Under the pieces are notes generated by a model that was given only the letters and a program-made list of their open reading frames with translations, was not told where the DNA came from and searched no databases. This document shows, one piece after another, positions 8,547-17,617 of a stretch of DNA of 64,000 bases. The DNA is taken from assembly GCA_024691325.1 (NCBI GenBank), contig JAILNR010000012.1:37999-101998 (forward strand), read 5' to 3'. A program made the translations under genes and the position numbers. Within the stretch, counting starts at the first letter, position 1, and each line of letters begins with the position of its first letter. The DNA is from Saccharofermentans sp. (lineage in GTDB: Bacteria; Bacillota; Clostridia; Saccharofermentanales; Saccharofermentanaceae).

Positions 8547-10511
8547 TCAGGACTGAGGGGCGTAATCAATCGAGACTAAAGATAAAGTAACATTCTCGGA
8601 ATCAGACGTGTTATATACAGCCACTTCGCCTTCATAATGGTCACAATCCGTATTGAAACGAATGATCATCTCGTTATCTGTATGAGATAACACCTCGTAT
8701 TCAAAATGGTTGGACCCGCTGAAACTTGTAGCATCGATGGATACATATTGGATATTATCGCCTCTTACCGTAACCTCATATGCCCCCTCATAGAAAGTGA
8801 TATAAGGACCGAATTCAAATCCCGAGGGATAAAGAACCCTTACACCTGAATCATCATAACCGTTGTTCAGATACTCGCCGTTAAACGCATATGTATAAGA
8901 TCCGATAACAGTAAGCATGTCCTGATAACTGTCAAATCCGGCTATCTTATACTGGTCATCGGAGTAAACAAGATAATCAGCCATGGCATCTTTCCACAGG
9001 CAGCAATTATACTCATCCGTTGATAGAATTATGCACACCTTTCCTTCAGACGGTCTTTGATTATCATGCGATATCAACTGAAGCCAATGATATGTCTGAT
9101 TGATACTGGTCAAGTAAGACATTTCCATAGGATTTTGGAAATCTCCAAAGCAGTACATCTCGATCCTGCCGTCTGATAACTCCTGCACAACATTGGCTCT
9201 CCAGAACACCGAGTAACCGTATCTGTAGCCTTCATCGGCCAACGAATTAACCTCATCCGCAAGAACAGTATCTTCCGTAAGATAGTATTTCTTATACGCT
9301 CTGAACATAAACATACTGCTTATGATCATACCTGTAACAAGCACAGAGCTTACCGCATAAACAATGGCCTTCGGATAATCCTGTCCGATACTTGATAAGA
9401 ACAAACCGATAGCAAGAAAAGCAAGAACGGATACAGGGATATTGTATCTGGAAGAGAAAGTCATATCAGTAAAACTGTAAAACAATGTATATATGACAAT
9501 GGCACTTAAAACAAATACAGACACCATGAAGTACTCTTCTGATACTTTCTTAAATCTTATCATTCCGTATATCAAGGCAATAATAGTCAATACAGCTATA
9601 AGCATCGACACAACATTTGAAAAAACAAGATACGGGTCATTTGTAACTCCGCTGTATCCGACAGTCTCCATAAATCCTTTAAGCGTCATTTTGAGCCGTG
9701 AAAAGTCAAACCCACAGAATGAGACCTTGTCCCAGGGCACAAAAGAATACTTATTAACAAGATACTTCGTGTTTATAAGATACCCCGCACCGGAACAAGC
9801 AGAAGATATGAAAGTAACAAGAAAGAACCTGAAATAATCGTTCTTAAAACTAATCTTCCTTTGTGAAACCCAATCTGTAATATAAGTCAGAACACAGCAC
9901 AAACTTAAGGGCAAATACAACACCAACAGTTGTCTTGCTCCGCCCATCCCCGCGAAAAGCCCTAATACACCTGCTAATACAGCTATTATGTATGACCTGA
10001 ACCCTCTGGTCCTAATAAACAGGAACTCAAGACTCAAGGCCAGGAAAGTAATCACTATATATGGGATATAGACTGTGTATTTGGTTACAAATTCAAGATA
10101 AACAATTGATAACGGTGCAACAAGTCCGATTGATACAAAAGGTCCCCACTTGCCGGCCCTTAAAGTCTTACAAAGAAAACAGACACTTGCCATCATCAGC
10201 AGGTGAAGTATCAAAGTTCCTGCAACTCTTACGGTATGCCAGCTTTTGAAGATCAAAAACAAAGGTGTAAACACAAGCTGGACATGCAGAACACGAAGCT
10301 CTGTCGAATAATACCAATCGGTTGTTATTAGCTTACCTTCTTCAGCCAAAAGCTTAGCGAGTACCAGTTCAGATGACATATCCGAATCAAGCAATCCGTT
10401 AAACAGATTATTCCGGATGAAAAGAATGGAAAAAGCTTCAATAGATAAAGCTATTATCAAAGAAACAAAGAAAAACAATCTATCTGTATTCTTGTCTTTA
10501 TTAAGTTCCAT
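8547..10511 (-). CDS. Polytopic membrane protein (about 12 TM) with a C-terminal extracytoplasmic beta-rich domain; GT-C-like architecture
   Basis: The ORF-track N-terminus is trimmed to ATG 10511, which has GGAG 5 nt upstream and removes the overlap with the GNAT gene. The first loop is acidic (DSDMSSE). There are many hydrophobic helices and then a soluble tail of about 200 aa. Confidence 0.7.
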   Translation of the reverse strand: MELNKDKNTDRLFFFVSLIIALSIEAFSILFIRNNLFNGLLDSDMSSELVLAKLLAEEGKLITTDWYYSTELRVLHVQLVFTPLFLIFKSWHTVRVAGTLILHLLMMASVCFLCKTLRAGKWGPFVSIGLVAPLSIVYLEFVTKYTVYIPYIVITFLALSLEFLFIRTRGFRSYIIAVLAGVLGLFAGMGGARQLLVLYLPLSLCCVLTYITDWVSQRKISFKNDYFRFFLVTFISSACSGAGYLINTKYLVNKYSFVPWDKVSFCGFDFSRLKMTLKGFMETVGYSGVTNDPYLVFSNVVSMLIAVLTIIALIYGMIRFKKVSEEYFMVSVFVLSAIVIYTLFYSFTDMTFSSRYNIPVSVLAFLAIGLFLSSIGQDYPKAIVYAVSSVLVTGMIISSMFMFRAYKKYYLTEDTVLADEVNSLADEGYRYGYSVFWRANVVQELSDGRIEMYCFGDFQNPMEMSYLTSINQTYHWLQLISHDNQRPSEGKVCIILSTDEYNCCLWKDAMADYLVYSDDQYKIAGFDSYQDMLTVIGSYTYAFNGEYLNNGYDDSGVRVLYPSGFEFGPYITFYEGAYEVTVRGDNIQYVSIDATSFSGSNHFEYEVLSHTDNEMIIRFNTDCDHYEGEVAVYNTSDSENVTLSLVSIDYAPQS

Positions 10512-10524
10512 AAAGGCTCCGTGA

Positions 10525-11010
10525 TTAGTTTGATGCTTTAACAAGTATCATACATTCGCTTGAATCAGTAAAGCCCATACTCTCATACAGGGGTCTTCCT
10601 GATTCGGTAGCATCAAGGCTGACCTCTGTAGCTCCTTTATCCCAAGCGTCATCTATAAGCATCTGAACCATCTTACGGGCTATTCCCTTACGCCTGTAGT
10701 CTTTATTGGTATAGACATTCATCAGATGTGCCCGCTTACCCGTCGGATGCGAGAATGTCGGCATTATCCACATATAACTCATAGATGCGCAGGCAATAAC
10801 ACGGCCTTCATAAAGAACAAGCACCGTTGTCTGATCACCGTTAAGAAAATAGTCCCTGGAGCAATTTTCCAGCACTTCATCATACTGATAATCATCATCA
10901 AGATCATTGACGATTCTTAACATCTCAAGGCGGCTTTCCATCAAAAGATCAATATCTTCAGGTCCTGCAATTCTGTATTCAAGCTTTCTGTCATCCGCGT
11001 TTAAACTCAT
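10525..11010 (-). CDS. GNAT family N-acetyltransferase
   Basis: 161 aa with a YRRKGIARKMV acetyl-CoA (Q/RxxGxG/A) motif. Confidence 0.85.
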   Translation of the reverse strand: MSLNADDRKLEYRIAGPEDIDLLMESRLEMLRIVNDLDDDYQYDEVLENCSRDYFLNGDQTTVLVLYEGRVIACASMSYMWIMPTFSHPTGKRAHLMNVYTNKDYRRKGIARKMVQMLIDDAWDKGATEVSLDATESGRPLYESMGFTDSSECMILVKASN

Positions 11011-12119
11011 CTTTCACTCCTCAATATCGAATAATACTTTCTTCCTTCGTACTTTCCGTTGATAAGGAAATAGTCTCTTAAAGTCCCCTCATAAGTAAAC
11101 CCGCACTTATCGATGACCTTATTAGAAGCCGTATTCGCGGGTCTGACGCATATCTGAACTTTATTAAAGCCTATCTTATCAAATCCGTAATCTATCACTG
11201 CCTTGCAGGCTTCCGTCGCATATCCTCTGCCCTGGTACGCTTTCCCGATGCAGTACTCGATCTCGCCGAAATTATTATCAGTATCGACAAGGAAATATGC
11301 AATCTGGCCGATGCACTCTCCGGATTCTTTCTCGAACACGCCCCACCTGAAATGGCATCCGCTCTGATAATTTCTGATAAATGTTCCGAGAAACCTGTCC
11401 ACTTCATCTTTGGTCTTATACGCAGGCTCACCGTACATCCCCTGAATATAATCATCCGATATCCAGTTTCTCATCATGGATTCGGCATCTTCACTTCGAA
11501 AAGCTCTTATAAGAAGTCTTTCAGTTTCTATATCCTGCGCACCGCAAAGATTGATCGATTCTGCCGCAGGTGATTCTTTCTTAGCCTCACGAATTAGTTT
11601 AACTGCCTCATCTGCCGGGATGCATGCCGCATATCTTCCGGGCCACATTGACTCATTATAGAATCGATAAGTCTGCTCGGCAGTCATATAATCATTCGAC
11701 CTTGTAGAATTGCAGTAAGCGGGAACGATCATCTCGAAACCGTGCTCAAATCCGCTTTTTATGGTTGCATCCATGCAGTAATCAGTCTGAAGGCCGACTG
11801 TTATCAGCCTTTCGACATTCTTCGCTCTCAAGTAACGAAGAAGTCCGCTTGTTCTATTGAAAGCGCTGTTAACATTCTTATCGAATATCCTCTCACCTTC
11901 CAAAGGCGCAAATCCTTCATAGATCTCAACAGCCTCATCGCCCATCGAGAATCCTGTACCGGGGCCGTCATCGTGTCGTACAAAGATAACCTCGATTCCC
12001 TTTGTTCTTGCCTCTGTAATTAACAAAGAGACGTTATTCTTAAACTCTTCAAAGGCATAGAGCCTTTCATCAGTAATACCCTTCTGAGTATCAACTACAA
12101 GTAAGACAATGTTTCCCAT
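11007..12119 (-). CDS. Isochorismatase-family hydrolase fused to a RimJ/RimL-type GNAT acetyltransferase
   Basis: The N-terminal half (VLLVVDTQKG..VIFVRHDD..GLQTDYCM) is cysteine-hydrolase/isochorismatase-like. The C-terminal half (ETERLLIRAF..YQGRGYATEA) is GNAT. The start is set at the ATG that overlaps the upstream TGA. Confidence 0.8.
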   Translation of the reverse strand: MGNIVLLVVDTQKGITDERLYAFEEFKNNVSLLITEARTKGIEVIFVRHDDGPGTGFSMGDEAVEIYEGFAPLEGERIFDKNVNSAFNRTSGLLRYLRAKNVERLITVGLQTDYCMDATIKSGFEHGFEMIVPAYCNSTRSNDYMTAEQTYRFYNESMWPGRYAACIPADEAVKLIREAKKESPAAESINLCGAQDIETERLLIRAFRSEDAESMMRNWISDDYIQGMYGEPAYKTKDEVDRFLGTFIRNYQSGCHFRWGVFEKESGECIGQIAYFLVDTDNNFGEIEYCIGKAYQGRGYATEACKAVIDYGFDKIGFNKVQICVRPANTASNKVIDKCGFTYEGTLRDYFLINGKYEGRKYYSILRSER

Positions 12120-12586
12120 CACAAAAACTTCTCCATTCTTATAAGATGCTCATCATCAGGTTCGCTGATTCCGTTCTTGAATCCGTAACCGCACTTCAGA
12201 TAGAAAGGAACTCCCGTAATCGAAGCAGGTATCTCGATTCTTCGGGCCCTTATTGCGAACTCATCCTGTTCCAAAGTGTCGATTATCTTCCTTCCTATGC
12301 CTTTACGCTGATGATCCGGGTCTACAAATATCGTAAAAAGACTGCTCTCATCCTCTTTGCCCCAATAAGGTCCTATTGCACCGCAGCCAATTATCTCACC
12401 CTCTTCTTCAACAACATAAAAATGAGTCCATGACGAACGTTCCAGAACATGTTCAGGAGTTTCTATTGCAATAAGCTGATCCATCAGATCTTCGGGATAA
12501 TCCTTAATGTTAGATATCCTGATAGTCTTCCTTATAAGTTCTGACACAGCATTTGCATCTTCCTTTCTAAATCTTCTGATATCCAT
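12119..12586 (-). CDS. GNAT family N-acetyltransferase
   Basis: HQRKGIGRKII motif. The start is moved to MDIRRF (ATG 12586), which has GGAGGG 5 nt upstream and lies after the pfp terminator. Confidence 0.85.
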   Translation of the reverse strand: MDIRRFRKEDANAVSELIRKTIRISNIKDYPEDLMDQLIAIETPEHVLERSSWTHFYVVEEEGEIIGCGAIGPYWGKEDESSLFTIFVDPDHQRKGIGRKIIDTLEQDEFAIRARRIEIPASITGVPFYLKCGYGFKNGISEPDDEHLIRMEKFL

Positions 12587-12606
12587 CTTTTCCCTCCGTA
12601 ATAACA

Positions 12607-12638
12607 AACGGCGCAGTCATTATCCGACTGCGCCGTTT
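12607..12638 (-). terminator. Rho-independent terminator after pfp
   Basis: 13-bp GC-rich arms aaacggcgcagtc / gactgcgccgttt with a 6-nt loop, followed by a T-rich run on the minus strand. Confidence 0.6.
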
Positions 12639-12661
12639 CAGTTACTTATTATCTATAACTA

Positions 12662-14320
12662 TCAGCCCTGCTCGAGTGCGAGTGTAACTGTTGTTCTGTC
12701 ACAAACCTCTGAGGGTCCGAAGTACTGAATAGCGCCCGGATATGTGAAGCAAGTCTCAACTGCCCACTTATCTCTGTTTGCCTCAAAGAACTTGAACGGC
12801 TTGCCGTCGAGTTCTACGAGAGCCTTACGGATAACAGGCTTATCTGCACCGTTTCTTCTCTCGATATTCATCATCTTTGTGATAGGCATACCGCCGGCAA
12901 CCCACTCATCAGCAGACTTACTGATATTAGAAACCTTGGAAAGATAACCTGTGTAACCATACTGGATAAGCATGAATGCATTGTATCCAAGTGAGTAGCA
13001 GTAGTCAGCGTCGAAGTTTGAAGGGAATGCGCATCTGCCCTCGTAACCGAAGAAGTGATGGAGAGCGGAGAACTTGCCCTTGTATGTGCCTGCAGCCTTT
13101 CTCTTAGCAAGCTCGTTCTTAACAAGCTCAGAGAAGAGCTTCTCAGACTCGATCAATGAAACCTGAACGTTACCGTGAGGATCTCTCTCGAGGAAGAGCT
13201 GCTGCTGGATTCCAACAGGAAGAAGATCGAATACTGCGAAAGCTGAAGCAGAAAGACCTGTCTTGATGAAGTCGTACTTTGCCTGCCAGTCAGGAAGAGC
13301 ATTGAAAGCTTCTGTCTTCTCGCCTGCGAGGAGCTCGTTGATCTCAGCGATTAAAGCGGAGAACTCAGGTACGAACTCAACAATACCCTCAGGAATGATA
13401 GCAACACCAAAGTTGTCGCCGTTAGCTGCTCTCTTCTCAACAGAATCAGCGATGTAGTTTGTGATCTGTGCAAGAGACATGTTCTTAGCCTTAACTTCCT
13501 CACCGATGAGGCAGATGTTAGGCTGTGTCTCGAGAGCACACTCGAGTGCTACGTGAGAAGCGGAACGGCCCATAACCTTGATGAAGTGCCAATACTTCTT
13601 AGCGGAGTTAGCGTCTCTCTCGATGTTGCCGATAACTTCGGAATATGTCTTAGTAGCAGTATCGAATCCGAATGAAGCCTCGATATCCTCGTTCTTCAAG
13701 TCGCCGTCGATTGTCTTAGGGCATCCGATTACCTGAACGCCAGTATTGTTAGCTGCCATGTACTCAGCAAGAGTAGCAGCATTTGTGTTTGAGTCATCAC
13801 CACCGATGATAACGATAGCTGTGAGGCCATTCTTCTTGGCATTCTCTGTTACGATAGCGAACTGCTCTTCTGTCTCAAGCTTTGTTCTGCCGGAACCGAT
13901 GATGTCAAAACCGCCTGTATTTCTGTAAGAATCGATGAACTCGTCATCAAACTCTACGAAATCATTCTTAAGAAGTCCGTCAGGACCGCCCTTGAAGCCC
14001 AAAAGTACATTAGACTTATCAGCAGCCTTCAAAGCATCGTAAAGACCTGTGATTACGTTGTGTCCGCCGGGAGCCTGTCCACCGGAAAGGATAACGCCTA
14101 CTACCTGCTTCTTAGCAACAGAAGTATTTGTACCCTTCTCGAAAGTGATCTCCTTCTTACCATATGTATTAGGGAAAAGAGCCTTGATCTTATCCTGATC
14201 AGCTACACTTGCAGTCTCAGCACCTTCCTTAACGCAGATCTCGGCTACGCCATTTCTGAGCATACCGGGAAGCTTGGGCTGATACTCATATCTTGCTTTC
14301 TGAAGCGGTGAAATATCCAT
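12662..14320 (-). CDS. pfp: Diphosphate--fructose-6-phosphate 1-phosphotransferase (PPi-dependent PFK, long form)
   Basis: 552 aa. GGDDSN (Asp rather than the Gly of ATP-PFKs) and PKTIDGD (Lys) are the PPi-specificity residues. Confidence 0.93.
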   Translation of the reverse strand: MDISPLQKARYEYQPKLPGMLRNGVAEICVKEGAETASVADQDKIKALFPNTYGKKEITFEKGTNTSVAKKQVVGVILSGGQAPGGHNVITGLYDALKAADKSNVLLGFKGGPDGLLKNDFVEFDDEFIDSYRNTGGFDIIGSGRTKLETEEQFAIVTENAKKNGLTAIVIIGGDDSNTNAATLAEYMAANNTGVQVIGCPKTIDGDLKNEDIEASFGFDTATKTYSEVIGNIERDANSAKKYWHFIKVMGRSASHVALECALETQPNICLIGEEVKAKNMSLAQITNYIADSVEKRAANGDNFGVAIIPEGIVEFVPEFSALIAEINELLAGEKTEAFNALPDWQAKYDFIKTGLSASAFAVFDLLPVGIQQQLFLERDPHGNVQVSLIESEKLFSELVKNELAKRKAAGTYKGKFSALHHFFGYEGRCAFPSNFDADYCYSLGYNAFMLIQYGYTGYLSKVSNISKSADEWVAGGMPITKMMNIERRNGADKPVIRKALVELDGKPFKFFEANRDKWAVETCFTYPGAIQYFGPSEVCDRTTVTLALEQG

Positions 14321-14425
14321 GAAAAACTCTCCTTTGGATTAAAAATTACCCTAAAATAATAAACAGTTTGCACTTAAAAGTAAATGCTTTTGGCTCTAAA
14401 AAAAAGAATGATATATAATAAACGC

Positions 14426-15262
14426 ATGATTACAGATTCTCATATGCATACAAAGATATTCAGCACTGACGGCAGACAGACGCCCGAAGAACTTATAGAT
14501 TCAGCAAAAAAACTGGGCATCGCTAATGTCGCCATTACCGAGCATTATGATATGGACTATCCTCACAAGGACGAGAGTTTCATTTTCGACCTTAAAGAAT
14601 ACGGCAGAACTTTTCCAAAGTGGAAGGAATATTCCGTTTCTACCGGCGGTCCGGGACTTCTTATGGGAATCGAGATCGGTTGGCAGCCGCATCTTAACGC
14701 AAGAATAAATGAAACCGTAAATTCTCTGCCCTTCGATTCTGTCGTTCTTTCAAATCATATTTTCAGGGGCAGTGACATCTATTACAGCAAAGAATGTGCA
14801 CTCATTCCGAGGGAATCAAGAAACAAAGAGTACATAGCGACTTTAGCCCGTATGTGCAGCGAACTTGATAACTACGATATACTGGCCCACTATGACTATA
14901 TTAACCGCTATGTGGAAGACCCCTCTTCTTCTGTGTTTTACGATGATTGTCCCAACGAATTCGATGCGCTTTTTGAGATCCTCATATCAAAACAAAAGGC
15001 TTTGGAAATAAATACAAGTTCGATAAACAAGCAAATTCTTAAGGGTTCTTCTTATGTAATGCCCGATCCGAAGATCATCGGGCGATACATCAGTATGGGA
15101 GGAAAACTCTTCACTATCGGATCTGACGCACATGATGCAGATAGGATTGGTCAGCACTTTGCCAAGACCATCTCATATCTTAAGTCTCTTGGCGTCAACG
15201 AAGTATTCTACTTTAAAGACAGAAAGCCTGTATCAGATCCTGAATTCTTAAGACTCAGCTGA
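14426..15262 (+). CDS. PHP-domain histidinol-phosphatase (HisJ) family protein
   Basis: MITDSHMHT...AITEHYD...GSDAHD metal-ligand pattern. The start is moved from the ORF-track 14384 to ATG 14426, where homology begins. Confidence 0.78.
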   Translation: MITDSHMHTKIFSTDGRQTPEELIDSAKKLGIANVAITEHYDMDYPHKDESFIFDLKEYGRTFPKWKEYSVSTGGPGLLMGIEIGWQPHLNARINETVNSLPFDSVVLSNHIFRGSDIYYSKECALIPRESRNKEYIATLARMCSELDNYDILAHYDYINRYVEDPSSSVFYDDCPNEFDALFEILISKQKALEINTSSINKQILKGSSYVMPDPKIIGRYISMGGKLFTIGSDAHDADRIGQHFAKTISYLKSLGVNEVFYFKDRKPVSDPEFLRLS

Positions 15263-16156
15263 CGATCCCCATGCCATAACATCAATAGGATAGTCGTTAG
15301 GATAGATGATGAAGTCCTGATAGTCTTCGATATGCCTGTTTAATTCAGTCACATCGTCCGTGCCGACATAAATGTCAAATATAGCACCCTCGAAAGTATC
15401 GTAATTAACGATGTCATCTGCTGAATTTATATAGTTACAGCAGCCGCTAACTATCGAGCAGTTAAATGAAGCTATCTGAGATGTATATATACCTGATGTA
15501 TAACCATAGTTTGCGCAGCCGAGGATTCTTCCCGCTGACAGATTATCAGCAATACCGCCGCATCTGACCATAGCATAAAGACTCGCCTTGTTATAGCAGT
15601 TAATTATCATCGCATCTGTTGAACCGTCAGTAGATGCAAAACTTCCGACATAGTCACCGGAAATTCTTCCGCTCTCTATGCCAAGATTCATAACGACTCC
15701 GCCAAGTTTGCCAAACAGACCGACGAATCCGCTATCGAGTTCATTACCGTTGATAGTCAGATTATAGAGCCTGTGACATCCGCCATCGTATATTCCACGG
15801 AACATATATCCGCTGTCGAGAGTTCCTATAGGAGTGAAATTACCGCATGAAGACATATCGATATCACATGTCTGCCTAAAGTATGTCTCAAAGAAATAGT
15901 CTCCGTTGTTTACCGCATCCGAGAGCTTAACAAGGTCGTCGGCACTGCTGATAAGATAAGGATCTTCATATGTACCGGTACCCTCGAATTCATAGTGATC
16001 ATTCCACTCACGGAACACCTGGAAGCTTTCCCATTCGTCAACTCTTCCGACGCACCACCATACAATGACACATGCCAAAGCAATCCTTACAAGGTAAGAG
16101 AAACCAAGAAGACTCGTTTTTAATACTTTGCGTATATCTATCTTCATAATCTCCAT
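15248..16156 (-). CDS. Membrane-anchored GLUG-motif surface protein
   Basis: N-terminal TM helix (LLGFSYLVRIALACVIVWW), then FRGIYDGGCHRLYNLTI and GFVGLFGKLGGVVMNLGI repeats typical of GLUG domains. The start is ambiguous (16156 or 16147, the latter with an ATGA overlap). Confidence 0.65.
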   Translation of the reverse strand: MEIMKIDIRKVLKTSLLGFSYLVRIALACVIVWWCVGRVDEWESFQVFREWNDHYEFEGTGTYEDPYLISSADDLVKLSDAVNNGDYFFETYFRQTCDIDMSSCGNFTPIGTLDSGYMFRGIYDGGCHRLYNLTINGNELDSGFVGLFGKLGGVVMNLGIESGRISGDYVGSFASTDGSTDAMIINCYNKASLYAMVRCGGIADNLSAGRILGCANYGYTSGIYTSQIASFNCSIVSGCCNYINSADDIVNYDTFEGAIFDIYVGTDDVTELNRHIEDYQDFIIYPNDYPIDVMAWGSSAES

Positions 16157-17607
16157 ACCTCAGTACCAAAGATAACAACAGCATCTGCAACCGTCTGGTT
16201 ATATGTGTCATATACAACTATCTCAACACCGGTCTGGTTTTCAAGCTCAATAAATACATCATCGTCATCAAAGAATGTGCCGTTCAAAGAAATAGCCAAA
16301 TGATGTTCGCCTGCTATTTCCTCGTAATAAAGTCCATTCTCATCAGGATAAAGAATAGTAGTATTACCGCCTCTTATAACCCAGCGCCGCTCATCATACG
16401 GCCGGGCACTCGGAATACCGTTGATTCCAAGATACGTTCTCATCTCATCGGTAATATAAGTCAGATCAGAGATGGTAACGAACACCTCATATTCATCAGA
16501 CAAAGTCACGAGACGTCCGAGATACTTATTTACATCAAAAGTATCAGACAACACATAATTATCAAAACGGTTTTCAAGATAGTGATAATTCTCATCCCAT
16601 GAATCATAGACACCGCTCTCGTCGTTTCTCCTGTCAGGAAGATCATAGTTTTCCGTAAGATAGTCACCTAAGTATTCGGTAAATTTCCTGTTACCAAAGT
16701 GATTAAGATGTCCTAAGTCGGCGAAGTCATAGGAGAAATCCAAACCAATCTCATCATAGTAATTGTTGAAGTCAACAAAATTAACACCGTATTCATCAGC
16801 TATCTCGCTTGCATAGGCATAATGAGCACGCGCCCTGTCAGTATAACCACCGTCCGGAGAAACCATAATCAGCAAAGGAATATCGTTCTCCTGACAGAAA
16901 TCCAGTATCAGTCTGTAATAGTATTCCTCTTTATTAACCATCGGCTCAGGCAGAACCTCTTCCGTAAACTCAGGCTCGGACAAATCTTGTATAAGGAAAT
17001 AGTCATAAAAGCCCTTCCAGTATTCCTGTCTTACCGAGTCACCAAGGTCACCCGAGATATCGAGCATATCAAGTTCAGGATATCGGTTATGATAATCCTC
17101 AAAGAACAACGCGTAATCAACAAAACCATCAGTATCAAAGACACTGGCTCTTATCGACTCAAGCTTCTCCATCCCCCATCTCATACCGTAAACGTTATTA
17201 AAGATGATACCGGGAAATGTATTATCCTCCTCAATATTGCAAGCCAAAGCTTCGAGAATAACAAGCTTGGGAGTCTGGGTTTTAACAGCTTCTTTCAGGT
17301 AGTAGTAGGAACTCCAGAAAGGCTGAAGGCTTCCGCCGATAACAAAAGACGGTATACCATGTTCATTCCACAATGTACCGGTATTAACATCAACAAAAGT
17401 ATGGGAGCTTCCAATAACAAGAACATCAACAGAGTTTTCCTGCTGTGCATAGAATGCATCCATCATAAGGTTACCGTCAAAGTGCTTAGGCTTGAGCCAG
17501 CCGACCCAGATATTAATAAGGAAAGCAACCAGGAGCAGGAATGCAACTGCACGAATTGCATTCTTTAATGATTTAAAGACAGAAAACAATACTTCTTTAA
17601 CTTTCAT
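16144..17607 (-). CDS. Membrane-anchored DltD/SGNH-like protein, partner of the MBOAT
   Basis: The start is set at MKVKEV (ATG 17607, preceded by AAGGGGGAAGG). One N-terminal TM helix. VLVIGSSHTF resembles SGNH block I and DLGHLNHFG resembles the DxxH block. It lies immediately downstream of an MBOAT gene. Confidence 0.6.
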   Translation of the reverse strand: MKVKEVLFSVFKSLKNAIRAVAFLLLVAFLINIWVGWLKPKHFDGNLMMDAFYAQQENSVDVLVIGSSHTFVDVNTGTLWNEHGIPSFVIGGSLQPFWSSYYYLKEAVKTQTPKLVILEALACNIEEDNTFPGIIFNNVYGMRWGMEKLESIRASVFDTDGFVDYALFFEDYHNRYPELDMLDISGDLGDSVRQEYWKGFYDYFLIQDLSEPEFTEEVLPEPMVNKEEYYYRLILDFCQENDIPLLIMVSPDGGYTDRARAHYAYASEIADEYGVNFVDFNNYYDEIGLDFSYDFADLGHLNHFGNRKFTEYLGDYLTENYDLPDRRNDESGVYDSWDENYHYLENRFDNYVLSDTFDVNKYLGRLVTLSDEYEVFVTISDLTYITDEMRTYLGINGIPSARPYDERRWVIRGGNTTILYPDENGLYYEEIAGEHHLAISLNGTFFDDDDVFIELENQTGVEIVVYDTYNQTVADAVVIFGTEVWRL

Positions 17608-17617
17608 GCCTTCCCCC

